A stretch of DNA of 64,000 nt, from the IMG/VR virus record IMGVR_UViG_3300006620_000007; one strand, 5' to 3'. The translations under genes and the position numbers were made by a program. Each line of letters starts with the position of its first letter. The first letter of the stretch is position 1. The notes beneath the pieces are model-generated. The model searched no databases and was not told the origin of the DNA. It saw only the letters and a list, made by a program, of their open reading frames with translations. Positions 31,360-41,675 of the stretch are shown in pieces. Source of the DNA: a virus. Lineage: Duplodnaviria; Caudoviricetes.

Positions 31360-31728
31360 TTATGGAGATACCCCATTTGGAAAATCGTAATTCTGATTAA
31401 TTCTAACAATTAAGTTACCCTCTTCATCAACATAATAAATTAGGTTTCTATCGTCCCATCTAAACTGTTCATATCTCAAATTTGGATATGATGTGTTATG
31501 TTCTTCATCTCTACCTTCAAAAAATTCAATTCCTCTTTGAAAATCTGGATAATTTTCTGTTGGATCTCCAGGCTTGTTTAATTGTACACCGTCAGTTGCT
31601 TTCAACTGATCTGATTTAATTAGGTACAAATCTCCTTCGTCTGTTCGACGTAATCCGTAAAAGAATCTACTTCCTTTTACTGTTTTTAGTAGTGTTCCTA
31701 CTTCTGTACCTTGATAAAAACTTGCCAT
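31360..31728 (-). CDS. Small structural protein, paralog of 33211..33669
   Basis: FYGLRRTD.G.L.L.K.DQL, EFFEGRD..HN..Y.NL.YEQFRWDD.NL.YYV...G.L.VRINQ in both. Confidence 0.7.
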   Translation of the reverse strand: MASFYQGTEVGTLLKTVKGSRFFYGLRRTDEGDLYLIKSDQLKATDGVQLNKPGDPTENYPDFQRGIEFFEGRDEEHNTSYPNLRYEQFRWDDRNLIYYVDEEGNLIVRINQNYDFPNGVSP

Positions 31729-31737
31729 TATAAATCC

Positions 31738-33195
31738 TTACGAAATGTTAATTGTATTCCCCATGTTGCTGTGTGCAGTACATTGATAATACAATGTGCT
31801 TGGTGCGTCCATTGGTACAGTAAAAGTAATAACACCACTTGATGCACCATTGTTTGCTACGCCACTTGAGTAAGCGCCGCCACCGTTTGAAACTCTAATT
31901 TGTAAAGGATGTCCGCCACCACTATTATTAACAAAGTAATAAGTTTGTCCTTTTTTCAAATATAAAACTGGATCATTAGTTGTGTTTGGAAAACCTGGAC
32001 CAGTAAATGTGTAGTCTGATGTTCCGTTTGATCCAATGGTCCATGTTGTTGCAGGACCATTTTGCATAACATAACTTGTTCCGTTGTATGCAAGTGTGTA
32101 ACCAACTGCTTGGTTAGCGTTACTTACATCTGTTAATGCGTTAAGTGTAGTTGCTCCAACTGTACCATTGTAGTTGATTGTTAGTGTATCGCCTACAACT
32201 TCAGTTGCAATACCTGTACCACCAGCAACTGTAAGTGTGTCAGTCAATCCTGATGCTGTTGTGCTACCAGTGTCACCTGTAAATGTTGCAAACAGGTTTT
32301 GGTCTGTTGATTGATCGACAACAAATTCTAATGCGTTACCAGCACTGTTAACTTTAACAAATCTATTTGCCGCGCCTGTAAAGTTTACTGGAGTATCAGA
32401 TAAGTTTAAGAAAGCACCTCCGAACAATGTTGGCTTGTTAGTAAAGTTTGTGTAATCTAAAAAGTATGCACTGTCAAATCCATCTAACGTATCAGCGTCA
32501 GTACCGCCGCCACCTGATGCAATATCAGTTCCTGGTGCCCACTGTGAGCCGTCCCATTTAAGAACATCACCTGTACTTGCTGACGCACTTGATACATCAC
32601 TTAATGAACCAATTGTAATTGCCGCAACTTCTGCCGCTGTCACTGCTGTTGAAAATTCTAATGCTGTTGCACCTGAGTTTACTCTTACAAGTTTACCACC
32701 TGCTGATGCAAAGTTAGTTGGCGTATCTGTCAAAGCCTGGAACGTAGTAGAACCACCTCCACCTCCGCCAGCGCCTGGTTGGAATCTTGAGTTAGAAGTA
32801 TTCCAAACAAGAACTTCACCATCGTTAATTCCTGCTGTGGTTACATCTGATAAACTGTTAATGCTTGAAGTAGTGTCTAACATTTTGACCCAAGCGTTAC
32901 TGTGAGCATAGTAAACTGCCGCGTCTGCTGTAACTTTTGCTAACATGCCGTCGTAGGTTGTAGGACTTGGTAATCCGGCAAAGTTGTTATACAAGAAAGT
33001 TATTTTATTGCTTCCAGTTGCTGTGCTTGGATATGAATTGAATACTCCGTTTTGGACAACGTCAAGTACTGACCCATCTCCTAATGCTGTATATAACTCG
33101 TTAAAGTTATTATTTAATTTTGTAGCGCCTGCTCTAAGGTTATCACCTTGTCCATCATTTGGTAGAACACCTACATTTACTATTTGTTTTGCCAT
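31738..33195 (-). CDS. Baseplate/fibre protein with T4 gp9/gp10-like N-terminus and C-terminal cupredoxin-like domain
   Basis: N-terminal KQ..NVG..PNDGQGDNLR.G..K.N.NF.ELY; L..LSDV fibre repeats; C-terminal GHPL...VPMDAPSTLYYQCTAHSNMG. Confidence 0.72.
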   Translation of the reverse strand: MAKQIVNVGVLPNDGQGDNLRAGATKLNNNFNELYTALGDGSVLDVVQNGVFNSYPSTATGSNKITFLYNNFAGLPSPTTYDGMLAKVTADAAVYYAHSNAWVKMLDTTSSINSLSDVTTAGINDGEVLVWNTSNSRFQPGAGGGGGGSTTFQALTDTPTNFASAGGKLVRVNSGATALEFSTAVTAAEVAAITIGSLSDVSSASASTGDVLKWDGSQWAPGTDIASGGGGTDADTLDGFDSAYFLDYTNFTNKPTLFGGAFLNLSDTPVNFTGAANRFVKVNSAGNALEFVVDQSTDQNLFATFTGDTGSTTASGLTDTLTVAGGTGIATEVVGDTLTINYNGTVGATTLNALTDVSNANQAVGYTLAYNGTSYVMQNGPATTWTIGSNGTSDYTFTGPGFPNTTNDPVLYLKKGQTYYFVNNSGGGHPLQIRVSNGGGAYSSGVANNGASSGVITFTVPMDAPSTLYYQCTAHSNMGNTINIS

Positions 33196-33210
33196 TTTTT
33201 GCTCCTACTC

Positions 33211-33669
33211 CTACGTTTGATCAAATGTAATGTTGTTGTTGTCCATTGTAAGGTTTGTGTTATCCCATTCCTTATCACTGTCAACGATTACAGTGTTGTC
33301 GCCTGCATATTCAACGGCACCATCTGCTAATCCTTGGTTAATTCTTACAACAAGTTCGCCGTCATCATTTACATAGTAAAATAAATTTGCATCGTCCCAA
33401 CGAAATTGTTCATAGTTTAAATTCTTATACGTCAAGTTATGTGCTGAATCTCTTCCTTCAAAAAACTCTGCACCTTCATCAAAGTCTGGAAAGTTGTCAA
33501 CTACGTCACCTTCCTTGTTAATTTGAATAGTGTCTGTCAAACTTAATTGATCTAACTTACCTAAAAACAATTCTCCAGCGTCAGTTCTACGTAATCCGTA
33601 AAAATATCTTTCGCCAAGATTGTCTTCAATGGTTTGTGTAATTGACTGACCTTCATAAAAAACTGACAT
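33211..33669 (-). CDS. Small structural protein, paralog of 31360..31728
   Basis: Shared FYGLRRTD and YEQFRWDD motifs. Confidence 0.7.
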   Translation of the reverse strand: MSVFYEGQSITQTIEDNLGERYFYGLRRTDAGELFLGKLDQLSLTDTIQINKEGDVVDNFPDFDEGAEFFEGRDSAHNLTYKNLNYEQFRWDDANLFYYVNDDGELVVRINQGLADGAVEYAGDNTVIVDSDKEWDNTNLTMDNNNITFDQT

Positions 33670-33670
33670 A

Positions 33671-34000
33671 CTACACTATCTCCACGTAACTCATAACTGC
33701 ATCTAAACTTCCGTCAATGTCTGACACAATAGACAGTTCGTTCTCTGATGCAAGAATAATTTTTTCACCACCATTCAATACTTTCAAAGTAGAGTTGGGT
33801 GGTACAAGTACATCTTTTAAGTAAAATGCTTCAATTGATGTATCGTCTGCAATTAAAACGCTGGTACTTACAACAGATTCAGTTAAGTTGGCTAACGAAA
33901 GACCAACAATCGTTGCTGTTGTGCTTGGACCAGCCTTGTAAACAGGAACTTTTACTGTTCCAATTTCTTTAACTGCTTTTGTTCTAAAAAATGTTGCCAT
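33671..34000 (-). CDS. Small virion protein
   Basis: TIVGLSLAN...KDVLVP.N..L....GEKIIL pattern; paralog of 19374 and 41675 genes. Confidence 0.6.
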   Translation of the reverse strand: MATFFRTKAVKEIGTVKVPVYKAGPSTTATIVGLSLANLTESVVSTSVLIADDTSIEAFYLKDVLVPPNSTLKVLNGGEKIILASENELSIVSDIDGSLDAVMSYVEIV

Positions 34001-34012
34001 CTTATTTCCTTA

Positions 34013-37000
34013 TTATCCTATTACCACTGCCATTTTAATAGCAATTTCTTCTGCGTCTTGTGCGGACACAGCACCTGAACTACCTGCAACTGAAACCCAC
34101 TGACCTGCTTGGTCATAAATTTCAACCCTGTCATCCTGTGTATTAAAACGCATCATTCCTGTTTCTGGTGTTGGGTGTCTATTTGACAAATTACCAGTTG
34201 GAATAACAAATCCTCCAGTTCCTTCAATTTTGAAGTAACCAGTACCAGTTTGAGCAAGAGTAGTAACTGCGCCTGCTACAGTATTAGTTATCGAATTTTG
34301 ATTGAATCCAAAATTTTCTACAATAACTTTACCAGTTCCGTTCGCCAAAAGGTTCAAATCAGCGTTTGTAGTAATGGTTCTTACTGTATTTCCTTCGATT
34401 TCAATGTCATCGACTAATATTTTATTTACATTAAACCTTGTTGTGTTTGCATCAGCAATCTGTGTTCCTTGTGCGTAAAAACGTATAGTATCATCATCTG
34501 CACCTGGTGTTGCTTCTGCTGTAATATATGTATCTTGGTCAATATCACGCACACCATTTAATGTGATCCACTGTCCGTCATAACCTTCAAACACATCTGT
34601 GTCTGTGTTATAACGTATCATACCATTTACTGCTGTACCTGGACGTTGTGCTGTTGTACCTTTTGGTATTGTTAATGAACCTGTTGAATTAATCTCAACT
34701 GTTTCACTGCCTGGATCAAGAACAATGTCGCCTGGTGCTGAAATAATGTTTGCTTTGAAACTTAAATCATCAACAACAATACTTCCTGTTCCACTTGCAC
34801 GTAATTCTAAGTCTTGGTTTGTGTTAGTTGTTTGAATAACATTAGTATTAATGTTAATATCATCAATCTGTGCCTCACCTGTGTAAACTTTTTTCCATTC
34901 GTGTGTTGAAATACCTAAGTCAAATGTTCCGTCTTGGCTTGGTACAAGGTTACTTGCAATACCTGCAACAATTTGTATGCTATCACTTGCTTCGTCACCA
35001 ATGGTAATGTTACCACCTATTGTAACATCTCCTGTTACATCTAAGTTTCCTGTGATGTTTACGTTGTCTGCAAAGTTAATAATACCGTCAGCACTGTCAA
35101 TGTTCAAGTTTCCACTTAAACTTTCTACAGTGTTGCCACTTAATCTTGTATTACCTGTTTGAATCTTGTCGCCGTCAATAATTGTTGTACTTGTGCCAGT
35201 GCTAAATCTAACACTTTGTAAAGTATCAACGTTAAAATTTGCGTTAGTAAAAGTAACAGTACCAGTTGCTTGGTCAACATGGAATACATCTCCAACTCTA
35301 AAGTCACCTTTATGGTCAACTGAACTAAAATAAATGTTTGCGTCATTTAATTTTGTAACTTCTTGACTTTGTATAACTGTTGTTGAGTCGTTATCAACTG
35401 CTTTACCGTTACCAATGTATGCAAGGTTCTGAGAGATAAGGTACATAACAACGCCGTTACCGTCGCCGTATATTCCATAGTTACCATAAACACATGCACT
35501 ACCAATTGATCTAATCTCACAACCAAAATCTGAAAAGTCAACAAGTTCCATTCCAGTTGCATAAGCACCTCCGCCAAAGCCGATTGTCTGATCTAAAATA
35601 GTTTCATCAATCAGTGTTGTTGAAGTATCTGTACCGTTAAATCTTAATAATAATTTTGTGTTGTTATCATTTGAAACTTCGTTCAATGGTGGTGTATATG
35701 AACCTGTTGTGTATCTTGCAGTGTCTGAAATTCTAAAATCATCTACATAACCGTTGAAAGCATTTGAAGCATCGTACACTGCACCAATGATAAATGGTTT
35801 ACTTGTTCCAAGTGTGCTACTAAATGAGTTATCACTATCAACTCTTGAACCGTTAACATATAAATTAATTGTATTGCCTGAACGTGATACTGCAATATGT
35901 GTCCAAGTTGTTGCTGATAATGATCCACCGGATAATAATTCTGCGCCGTTGTAGTAAACTTTTACTGTACCACCTACGTGATATACGTATAAGCCTGTGT
36001 CAGTTGCTGTACCGGCTCTCATATCAACCAATGACTGTGTACCTGTTACGTTGTTTCCATAGAACCAACCTTCAACAGTAAAGTCTGCTGTTCCTAAACC
36101 AAAGTCTGGATCATTTGCGATGCTGATATAGTCGCCAGTACCGTCAAGTTGTAAACTACCAGTGCCGAATTTTTTAATTGTTGTATCTACTTGTGCTTGT
36201 CCTGAAACAACTACTGTTTTTCCACCACGTTCAAATTTAGTTTCAAGTCCTACTGCGTTACCATTTAAGTAAATGTAGTTTCCATCTACTTCATTTACTA
36301 CTGCATTGATTACAGTTCCGCCTGCTTGTGTGTATTGAAACGTTTCAGTTGCTGTTGGTGTTCCGACAAGTCCGCTTAATTTAACTTTAGTACGTCCTGT
36401 ACCTTTTAATCCTGTAGTACCATTAACACCTTGTATTGCTTTGTCTGCAAAATATACAAAAGAGTTTAGCCATTCAACTCTTGCACCGTTGGTTGCGTAT
36501 AATCCAACTGATCCAGGTACAATAAATGTTACTGCGTGAAATAACATACTTGCTTCTCTTGATCCTGCTACAGCAACAGCACCATCTAAGTATGCACCAC
36601 GTCCTGCATCTCCTTGATCAAAGCCTCTTGGATCACTTGCACTTGTTACACTACCTTTTGTAATTACAGTTACGTTTTTAATGTAAGGTGATCTTGCAGT
36701 AACATTGAAGTTACTTGCAAATTTAAAAGCATATCCATTGTCGTTAATGCTATCATAGTAAAAATCTTTGATTGACAAGTTCATAATGCTTGTGTCACCT
36801 TGCAATACAAAACAGTCATTGTTGTTTGTTCCTGCTGTAGGTGTAATGTTTACTGATCTAATACCTTCGCCTAAGATTGCAACACCTGCTGGTACTGTTA
36901 AAGGAAATACTTCTTCATAATCACCTGGGTAAATGTGAATAGTGTCTCCTGCTGTTGCAGAAGTTAATGCTTTTGTAATAGTTGTGTATGGTGCTTGTGG

Positions 37001-37723
37001 ATGATCTCCAGCATTTGTATCATTACCATTCTTAGCAACATAGTAAATGTTGCCTGGAGTTGCTGTTAAGTCCAAGTCTGACAGTGTAATACTGTTTGCA
37101 ACAACTGTTGTTGCTGTTACATCATCAAAGTAACCATGATTCCACTTTTTAGTTGCGTCACCAATGGTATATATGTTTGTTGCATCTGGTATTAAGTTGC
37201 TGGCAATGTCTGCGTTTATTGTAATACTGTCTGTATCATCATCACCAATAGTAATATCACCGTCTGCACTGATGTTACCAGTTGCATGTAAGTTACCAGT
37301 AACGTTTGTATTACCTACAAAGTTAATAGTACCTGTTCCGTTAGGACGAAATTCTAAGTTTTGGTTAGTTCCTAATGTGCGAATTACACTACCGTCTATT
37401 TCAATATCGTCGATTTGTAATCTATCTTGGTAAATTACACTGTTTGGTGTTGCAATATTGAACTGACTTGCTGTAGTGGAGATAGTGTTGTTACTACCGT
37501 TGATTGTTATGTTACCAATCGGTAATGTAGTGTCTAAAATATCTAATGATTGTATTCTTGCTGAACCGTTTATATCGAGCTCGGCTGTAGGCGTCGATGT
37601 CTTAATACCTATACGGCTATTATTAACATCCAGATAAAGTAGGTCTGTTTCAAATGCTAAATCCACTCCTTGACGAAGCAAATTTGCCTTTAAAAGCGGA
37701 CCAGATATACGACCAACTGCCAC
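34013..37723 (-). CDS. Large fibre-like protein with LamG/ConA-like lectin domain, 1236 aa (GTG start)
   Basis: LamG-like block at about 35635-36215 (KFGTGSL..DG.GDY, DFTVEGW, WTHIAVSR, LYVNG, GYVDDFRIS..ARYT); C-terminal IP.G....RP...G..R.NT motifs; SD AGGAG. Confidence 0.75.
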   Translation of the reverse strand: MAVGRISGPLLKANLLRQGVDLAFETDLLYLDVNNSRIGIKTSTPTAELDINGSARIQSLDILDTTLPIGNITINGSNNTISTTASQFNIATPNSVIYQDRLQIDDIEIDGSVIRTLGTNQNLEFRPNGTGTINFVGNTNVTGNLHATGNISADGDITIGDDDTDSITINADIASNLIPDATNIYTIGDATKKWNHGYFDDVTATTVVANSITLSDLDLTATPGNIYYVAKNGNDTNAGDHPQAPYTTITKALTSATAGDTIHIYPGDYEEVFPLTVPAGVAILGEGIRSVNITPTAGTNNNDCFVLQGDTSIMNLSIKDFYYDSINDNGYAFKFASNFNVTARSPYIKNVTVITKGSVTSASDPRGFDQGDAGRGAYLDGAVAVAGSREASMLFHAVTFIVPGSVGLYATNGARVEWLNSFVYFADKAIQGVNGTTGLKGTGRTKVKLSGLVGTPTATETFQYTQAGGTVINAVVNEVDGNYIYLNGNAVGLETKFERGGKTVVVSGQAQVDTTIKKFGTGSLQLDGTGDYISIANDPDFGLGTADFTVEGWFYGNNVTGTQSLVDMRAGTATDTGLYVYHVGGTVKVYYNGAELLSGGSLSATTWTHIAVSRSGNTINLYVNGSRVDSDNSFSSTLGTSKPFIIGAVYDASNAFNGYVDDFRISDTARYTTGSYTPPLNEVSNDNNTKLLLRFNGTDTSTTLIDETILDQTIGFGGGAYATGMELVDFSDFGCEIRSIGSACVYGNYGIYGDGNGVVMYLISQNLAYIGNGKAVDNDSTTVIQSQEVTKLNDANIYFSSVDHKGDFRVGDVFHVDQATGTVTFTNANFNVDTLQSVRFSTGTSTTIIDGDKIQTGNTRLSGNTVESLSGNLNIDSADGIINFADNVNITGNLDVTGDVTIGGNITIGDEASDSIQIVAGIASNLVPSQDGTFDLGISTHEWKKVYTGEAQIDDININTNVIQTTNTNQDLELRASGTGSIVVDDLSFKANIISAPGDIVLDPGSETVEINSTGSLTIPKGTTAQRPGTAVNGMIRYNTDTDVFEGYDGQWITLNGVRDIDQDTYITAEATPGADDDTIRFYAQGTQIADANTTRFNVNKILVDDIEIEGNTVRTITTNADLNLLANGTGKVIVENFGFNQNSITNTVAGAVTTLAQTGTGYFKIEGTGGFVIPTGNLSNRHPTPETGMMRFNTQDDRVEIYDQAGQWVSVAGSSGAVSAQDAEEIAIKMAVVIG

Positions 37724-37845
37724 CTTTTTCTCCTATAAACGGGGATCCTGTCCCTCTAACCTGTTAGACAATAAATTGCCTCTATCGCTGGTTAACCACG
37801 GTTTGTCCTGCAAATGACTTGGCCAGCCCTTCAATGCATTAATAG
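37724..37845 (-). promoter_or_regulatory. Structured ~115-nt 5' leader between a late promoter and the 1236-aa fibre gene
   Basis: TAAATA at 37846-37851; GC-richer spacer with hairpins AGGCAAT-TT-ATTGTCT, TAACC/GGTTA and GGGA-CAGGA-TCCC just before the SD. Confidence 0.45.
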
Positions 37846-37864
37846 TATTTATCGTTTTTGGATA

Positions 37865-40800
37865 TTAGCCTAAGATAAGGTTCCAAAGGAAGTTGATATT
37901 TTCTGCGTATTCTTCTGTAACAGATTCACCACCACCTGCCGCTAATACCCACTGTGTTCCGTTCCAACTTTCAAGATATCCTCGTTGTGTATTGAAACGA
38001 GTTGTACCTTGTTCTGGACTTGTGGGTCTTGTTGTATCGTCACCATATGGAACAACAAGTCCCATAGTTTGATCAAACTTTAAGTAAGAATATATGTCTG
38101 CAAGACTAAATGTAAATGGTGTATTTAGAGTGTTTGTAATTGTGTTATTTTTAAACACAAGATCTTCCTGACTAATACTACCTAATCCATTGGATAAAAA
38201 CTGAATATTTGAATTAGGTGTAGCACTTGTTAGTGTATTACCATCAATTGAGAAACTATTCTGTGAATCAAGTCTATTTGTTTGCAATGTTAAGTGATTA
38301 ATTGTAGTATTACTTGCATTTCCTGTAACGAAAGTAAACTGATTGTTACTTAAATCAATATACGTATCTCTGTCAGTATCATATAATCCATCAAAACTAA
38401 CATTACCGCCGCTATAACCTTCAAATATTCCTAAGTCTGTATTATAACGCAAATCGCCCACGGTATCTTTACGTTGTGCGTTTGTACCTGTTGGCAAACC
38501 TAAGTTGTTAGTTGCTGACATAGTAAGATTATTAGTTGGAGCCAACGTTAAATTAGTTGTATATGATCCTAATATATTACTTCTTGCAGTAACGTTATCA
38601 AATACAACATTTCCAGTTCCACTTGCACGTAAATCTAAATTCTCGTTTGTATTATTAACACTAATAGTATTTTCATTGAAGTTAAAACTATCTAATGCTA
38701 ATTCGTTAAAGTAACCTTTTCTCCAACGTCTTGTATTTGTACCTAAATCATATTTGTTTGTTGTGTCTGGATATAAGTCTTGTGCAAAAGATGTTGTAAA
38801 GTCAACTGTATCACTTGGTTGATCTCCAAGTGTTACAAGATTTCCGCCAAGTGTTAAATTACCTGTAACGTCTACACTTTCCATTCTTGTATTTGTAAGT
38901 AAGTTGTGTATGTTTGAAGGAGATGCAAAGTTAATTGGTCCTGCAATAGATCTAATTGTGTTAGGAGAAAGAATTCTTATTGCTCCTGTTTCAACAATTC
39001 CACCATCAATAAAAGATGTATTTGCATTTGTAGTTACTCTTAAACTTGAAAGTCCTGTTGCATCAACAGTGTCAGCATCAATACTTGTTGTTCCATCTTT
39101 AAGATTTACAAAAAATGTATCTCCAACCTTAAAGTTACCTTCTTGGTCTTGTGATTGATAGTAAACTTTTCCGTTGTTTAGTTTTGTAACTTCATTTGCA
39201 ACAATAGTTTGTGTAACATCATTAGTTACGTTCTTACCTGAACCAATATAAGCAAAGTTGTGTGATATTAGATATGATAAACAGTCTGCTCCATCTACTT
39301 CAATACCTTTATTTCCATAAACACTTGCTGAACCAATGGATCTTATTTCACCACCTTTTATTAATACGCTATCACTACGCCATCTACCAGGGCCATCCAC
39401 CATGTACATTGCTCTATTAGCGAAATAAGCGAATGAATTTAACCACTCAACCCTAACACCGTTTTTCATTGTAAGTGCATCAACACCTGGAGTAATAAAA
39501 GTTACACTGTGAAACAACATACTTGCTTCATTTGTATCATGGTCACAAACACTACCATCTACAAGTGCACCTTTACCAGCGTCTCCAGAATCAAAACCTC
39601 TTGGATCACTTGCACTTGTTGTTTGTCCTTGTGTAATAACTGTTACATTTCTGATATATGGACTACGTGTTGTTACTTTGGCATCTCCTGCAAATTTAAA
39701 AGCATAACCTTTATCATTTACACTGTCATAAAAGAAGTTTTTAACTGTTAAATCTTCAACAGTACTTTCGCCATTTAATAAAAATGCATCTTCACTTTGG
39801 TTATCAGTGGTCGGACGTATCTCAACATTACGCATGTCTTGTCCTTTGACTGTAACTCCTGCTGGTACTTCTAATGGAAACTGTTCTTCATAATCACCTG
39901 CGGCAATAAGAACTGTATCTCCTGCTGTTGCTCTGCTTAATGCATACTTGATTGTTGCAAGTCTACCTTGAGGTGTTGTACCTCTGTTAGTATTATCACC
40001 ATTAACAGCAACATACCATATATTACCTTGTGAAAGTGTAACTTCAATACCAGCAACTGAAACGTTTTCTACGCTAACATTATTAGTTACTGTTAAATTT
40101 TCTGTTTGTAAATCAAATCTTTTATTAGTATTACCAATGTTATAAGTGCCATCAACATCAGGAATCAAATCAGAATCAATATCTCCAACAAATCTTAAAT
40201 TATCTTCGCCGCCGGACCCACCAATAAAAATATTTCCATCAAAAGTAATATCGCCAGTAGCATGAATGTTACCGTCAACACCAACTGTTTGACCTGCTGT
40301 GATAAGTTCGTTAGTACCTGTGCCTTGTGGAATAAAATCTACGTCAGCATTTGTAGTATGTGAGCCAATGTAATTATTTTGTATGTCAACTGATGATGTT
40401 CTTATACCACCAACAACTACTCCGCCACCGTATGGAGTATATGTTGATCCTCTGGTTACTGTAAATGTTTTACCTGCTACATTATAAGTGCTCAAAGAAC
40501 TGTAAACAATAGTCCATGGTCTATATAATGCTCTTCCAGGACCACCATAAGATGATGTACCTGTATTTTGTAAAACAATAGTAATATCATTATTTTTTAA
40601 TTCAAGATAATCGTTTATATTAAACGCAACACGACCTGCCTGCATTGCTGTGTTTAATTCTGCTGATGACCAGTTTATACCAAGTAATGTTTCACCACTA
40701 TTAAAAGTCGAAGTGTATGTATAAGTAACGCCTCCACTGGAAGATCCTTCGCTCATTGTAAAATTACTGCCTGATGGTGGAAACTGACTTTCTGTAGAGG

Positions 40801-41116
40801 TAAATTGATAATATCTATCACCGCTAATGCCGGCAGTTGGCATAGTAAAATTAATATTTCCTGATGGAACACTTATACCATCTGGACCAATAGTAAAGTT
40901 ACCAATGTTTAAATCATTAGTAATTGTTAAGTCTTGTCCACTGCTTCTTGCTTTTAGAGTACCATCAACTGTAAGTTCTCTTGGTCTTGTTACAGTATTA
41001 ATACCGATTTTTCCGTCAGTATGACCTATGTACAGTAGATCAGTTTCTACTGAAAGATCTGCTTCACGCTGTAGATTGGCCTTTAATAGCGGACCGGATA
41101 TTCTTCCAAGACTCAT
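37865..41116 (-). CDS. Large fibre-like protein, 1083 aa, paralog of 34013..37723 lacking LamG
   Basis: GRISGPLLKANL...ETDLLY; SASDPRGFD.GDAG.GA..DG; EASMLFH.VTFI; RVEWLNSF.YFA; EIRSIGSA.VYGN shared with paralog. Confidence 0.75.
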   Translation of the reverse strand: MSLGRISGPLLKANLQREADLSVETDLLYIGHTDGKIGINTVTRPRELTVDGTLKARSSGQDLTITNDLNIGNFTIGPDGISVPSGNINFTMPTAGISGDRYYQFTSTESQFPPSGSNFTMSEGSSSGGVTYTYTSTFNSGETLLGINWSSAELNTAMQAGRVAFNINDYLELKNNDITIVLQNTGTSSYGGPGRALYRPWTIVYSSLSTYNVAGKTFTVTRGSTYTPYGGGVVVGGIRTSSVDIQNNYIGSHTTNADVDFIPQGTGTNELITAGQTVGVDGNIHATGDITFDGNIFIGGSGGEDNLRFVGDIDSDLIPDVDGTYNIGNTNKRFDLQTENLTVTNNVSVENVSVAGIEVTLSQGNIWYVAVNGDNTNRGTTPQGRLATIKYALSRATAGDTVLIAAGDYEEQFPLEVPAGVTVKGQDMRNVEIRPTTDNQSEDAFLLNGESTVEDLTVKNFFYDSVNDKGYAFKFAGDAKVTTRSPYIRNVTVITQGQTTSASDPRGFDSGDAGKGALVDGSVCDHDTNEASMLFHSVTFITPGVDALTMKNGVRVEWLNSFAYFANRAMYMVDGPGRWRSDSVLIKGGEIRSIGSASVYGNKGIEVDGADCLSYLISHNFAYIGSGKNVTNDVTQTIVANEVTKLNNGKVYYQSQDQEGNFKVGDTFFVNLKDGTTSIDADTVDATGLSSLRVTTNANTSFIDGGIVETGAIRILSPNTIRSIAGPINFASPSNIHNLLTNTRMESVDVTGNLTLGGNLVTLGDQPSDTVDFTTSFAQDLYPDTTNKYDLGTNTRRWRKGYFNELALDSFNFNENTISVNNTNENLDLRASGTGNVVFDNVTARSNILGSYTTNLTLAPTNNLTMSATNNLGLPTGTNAQRKDTVGDLRYNTDLGIFEGYSGGNVSFDGLYDTDRDTYIDLSNNQFTFVTGNASNTTINHLTLQTNRLDSQNSFSIDGNTLTSATPNSNIQFLSNGLGSISQEDLVFKNNTITNTLNTPFTFSLADIYSYLKFDQTMGLVVPYGDDTTRPTSPEQGTTRFNTQRGYLESWNGTQWVLAAGGGESVTEEYAENINFLWNLILG

Positions 41117-41147
41117 AGTTAGTACTCCTTAACTATATTTATTGGAT

Positions 41148-41675
41148 TTACTTGTCGAAGTTATGTAGGACTGTTACGGCTTTGCCGTTTGGTACTGCTG
41201 AAAGAAATTTAATGTAATAACCGTCTGCATATGGACTATTTGGTCCTGCAAGGTTACCACTTACACTTTGTTCTAATGTGTAGTTTGTTACAGATAATTG
41301 TAAAACGTTCTCTACAAGTACTAATGCACTCTGTGCCGTTTGTGGCACTGGATATGAACTGTCGTTAGCATTAAGAGGCCCAAATACAGTTTCAGTACCA
41401 TCTCCTGTACCTAAACTTTGCTGTGTGATTGGTGTTGGTTCTTTAAGTCTGATCTCTTTCCAAACACCATTGTCATAAAATTCAACACTGTTGTTTGTCG
41501 TGTTAAATCTCATTTGACCTAATGCTGGATATGCTGGACGATCTGCGTCTGAACCTACAGGAACTTTCAAAGCACTTTTAGATCTAATATCAATAGTTTG
41601 ATCAGTATTATAAAAAATACCAATGCCTCTGTCGATTCCTCTATTATTGGTTGTTTGTGCTTTTAGAAATTTCAT
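41148..41675 (-). CDS. Virion structural protein
   Basis: VPVG..A.RP....GQMRFNT....EFY....W motif also found at the C-termini of the two fibre paralogs; GDG.ETVFGPL. Confidence 0.6.
   Translation of the reverse strand: MKFLKAQTTNNRGIDRGIGIFYNTDQTIDIRSKSALKVPVGSDADRPAYPALGQMRFNTTNNSVEFYDNGVWKEIRLKEPTPITQQSLGTGDGTETVFGPLNANDSSYPVPQTAQSALVLVENVLQLSVTNYTLEQSVSGNLAGPNSPYADGYYIKFLSAVPNGKAVTVLHNFDK

Noticed and set aside
15095-41116. Diversity-generating retroelement or invertible fibre cassette
   Set aside because: No reverse transcriptase or invertase, and no template/variable repeat pair seen; paralogs are deeply diverged.
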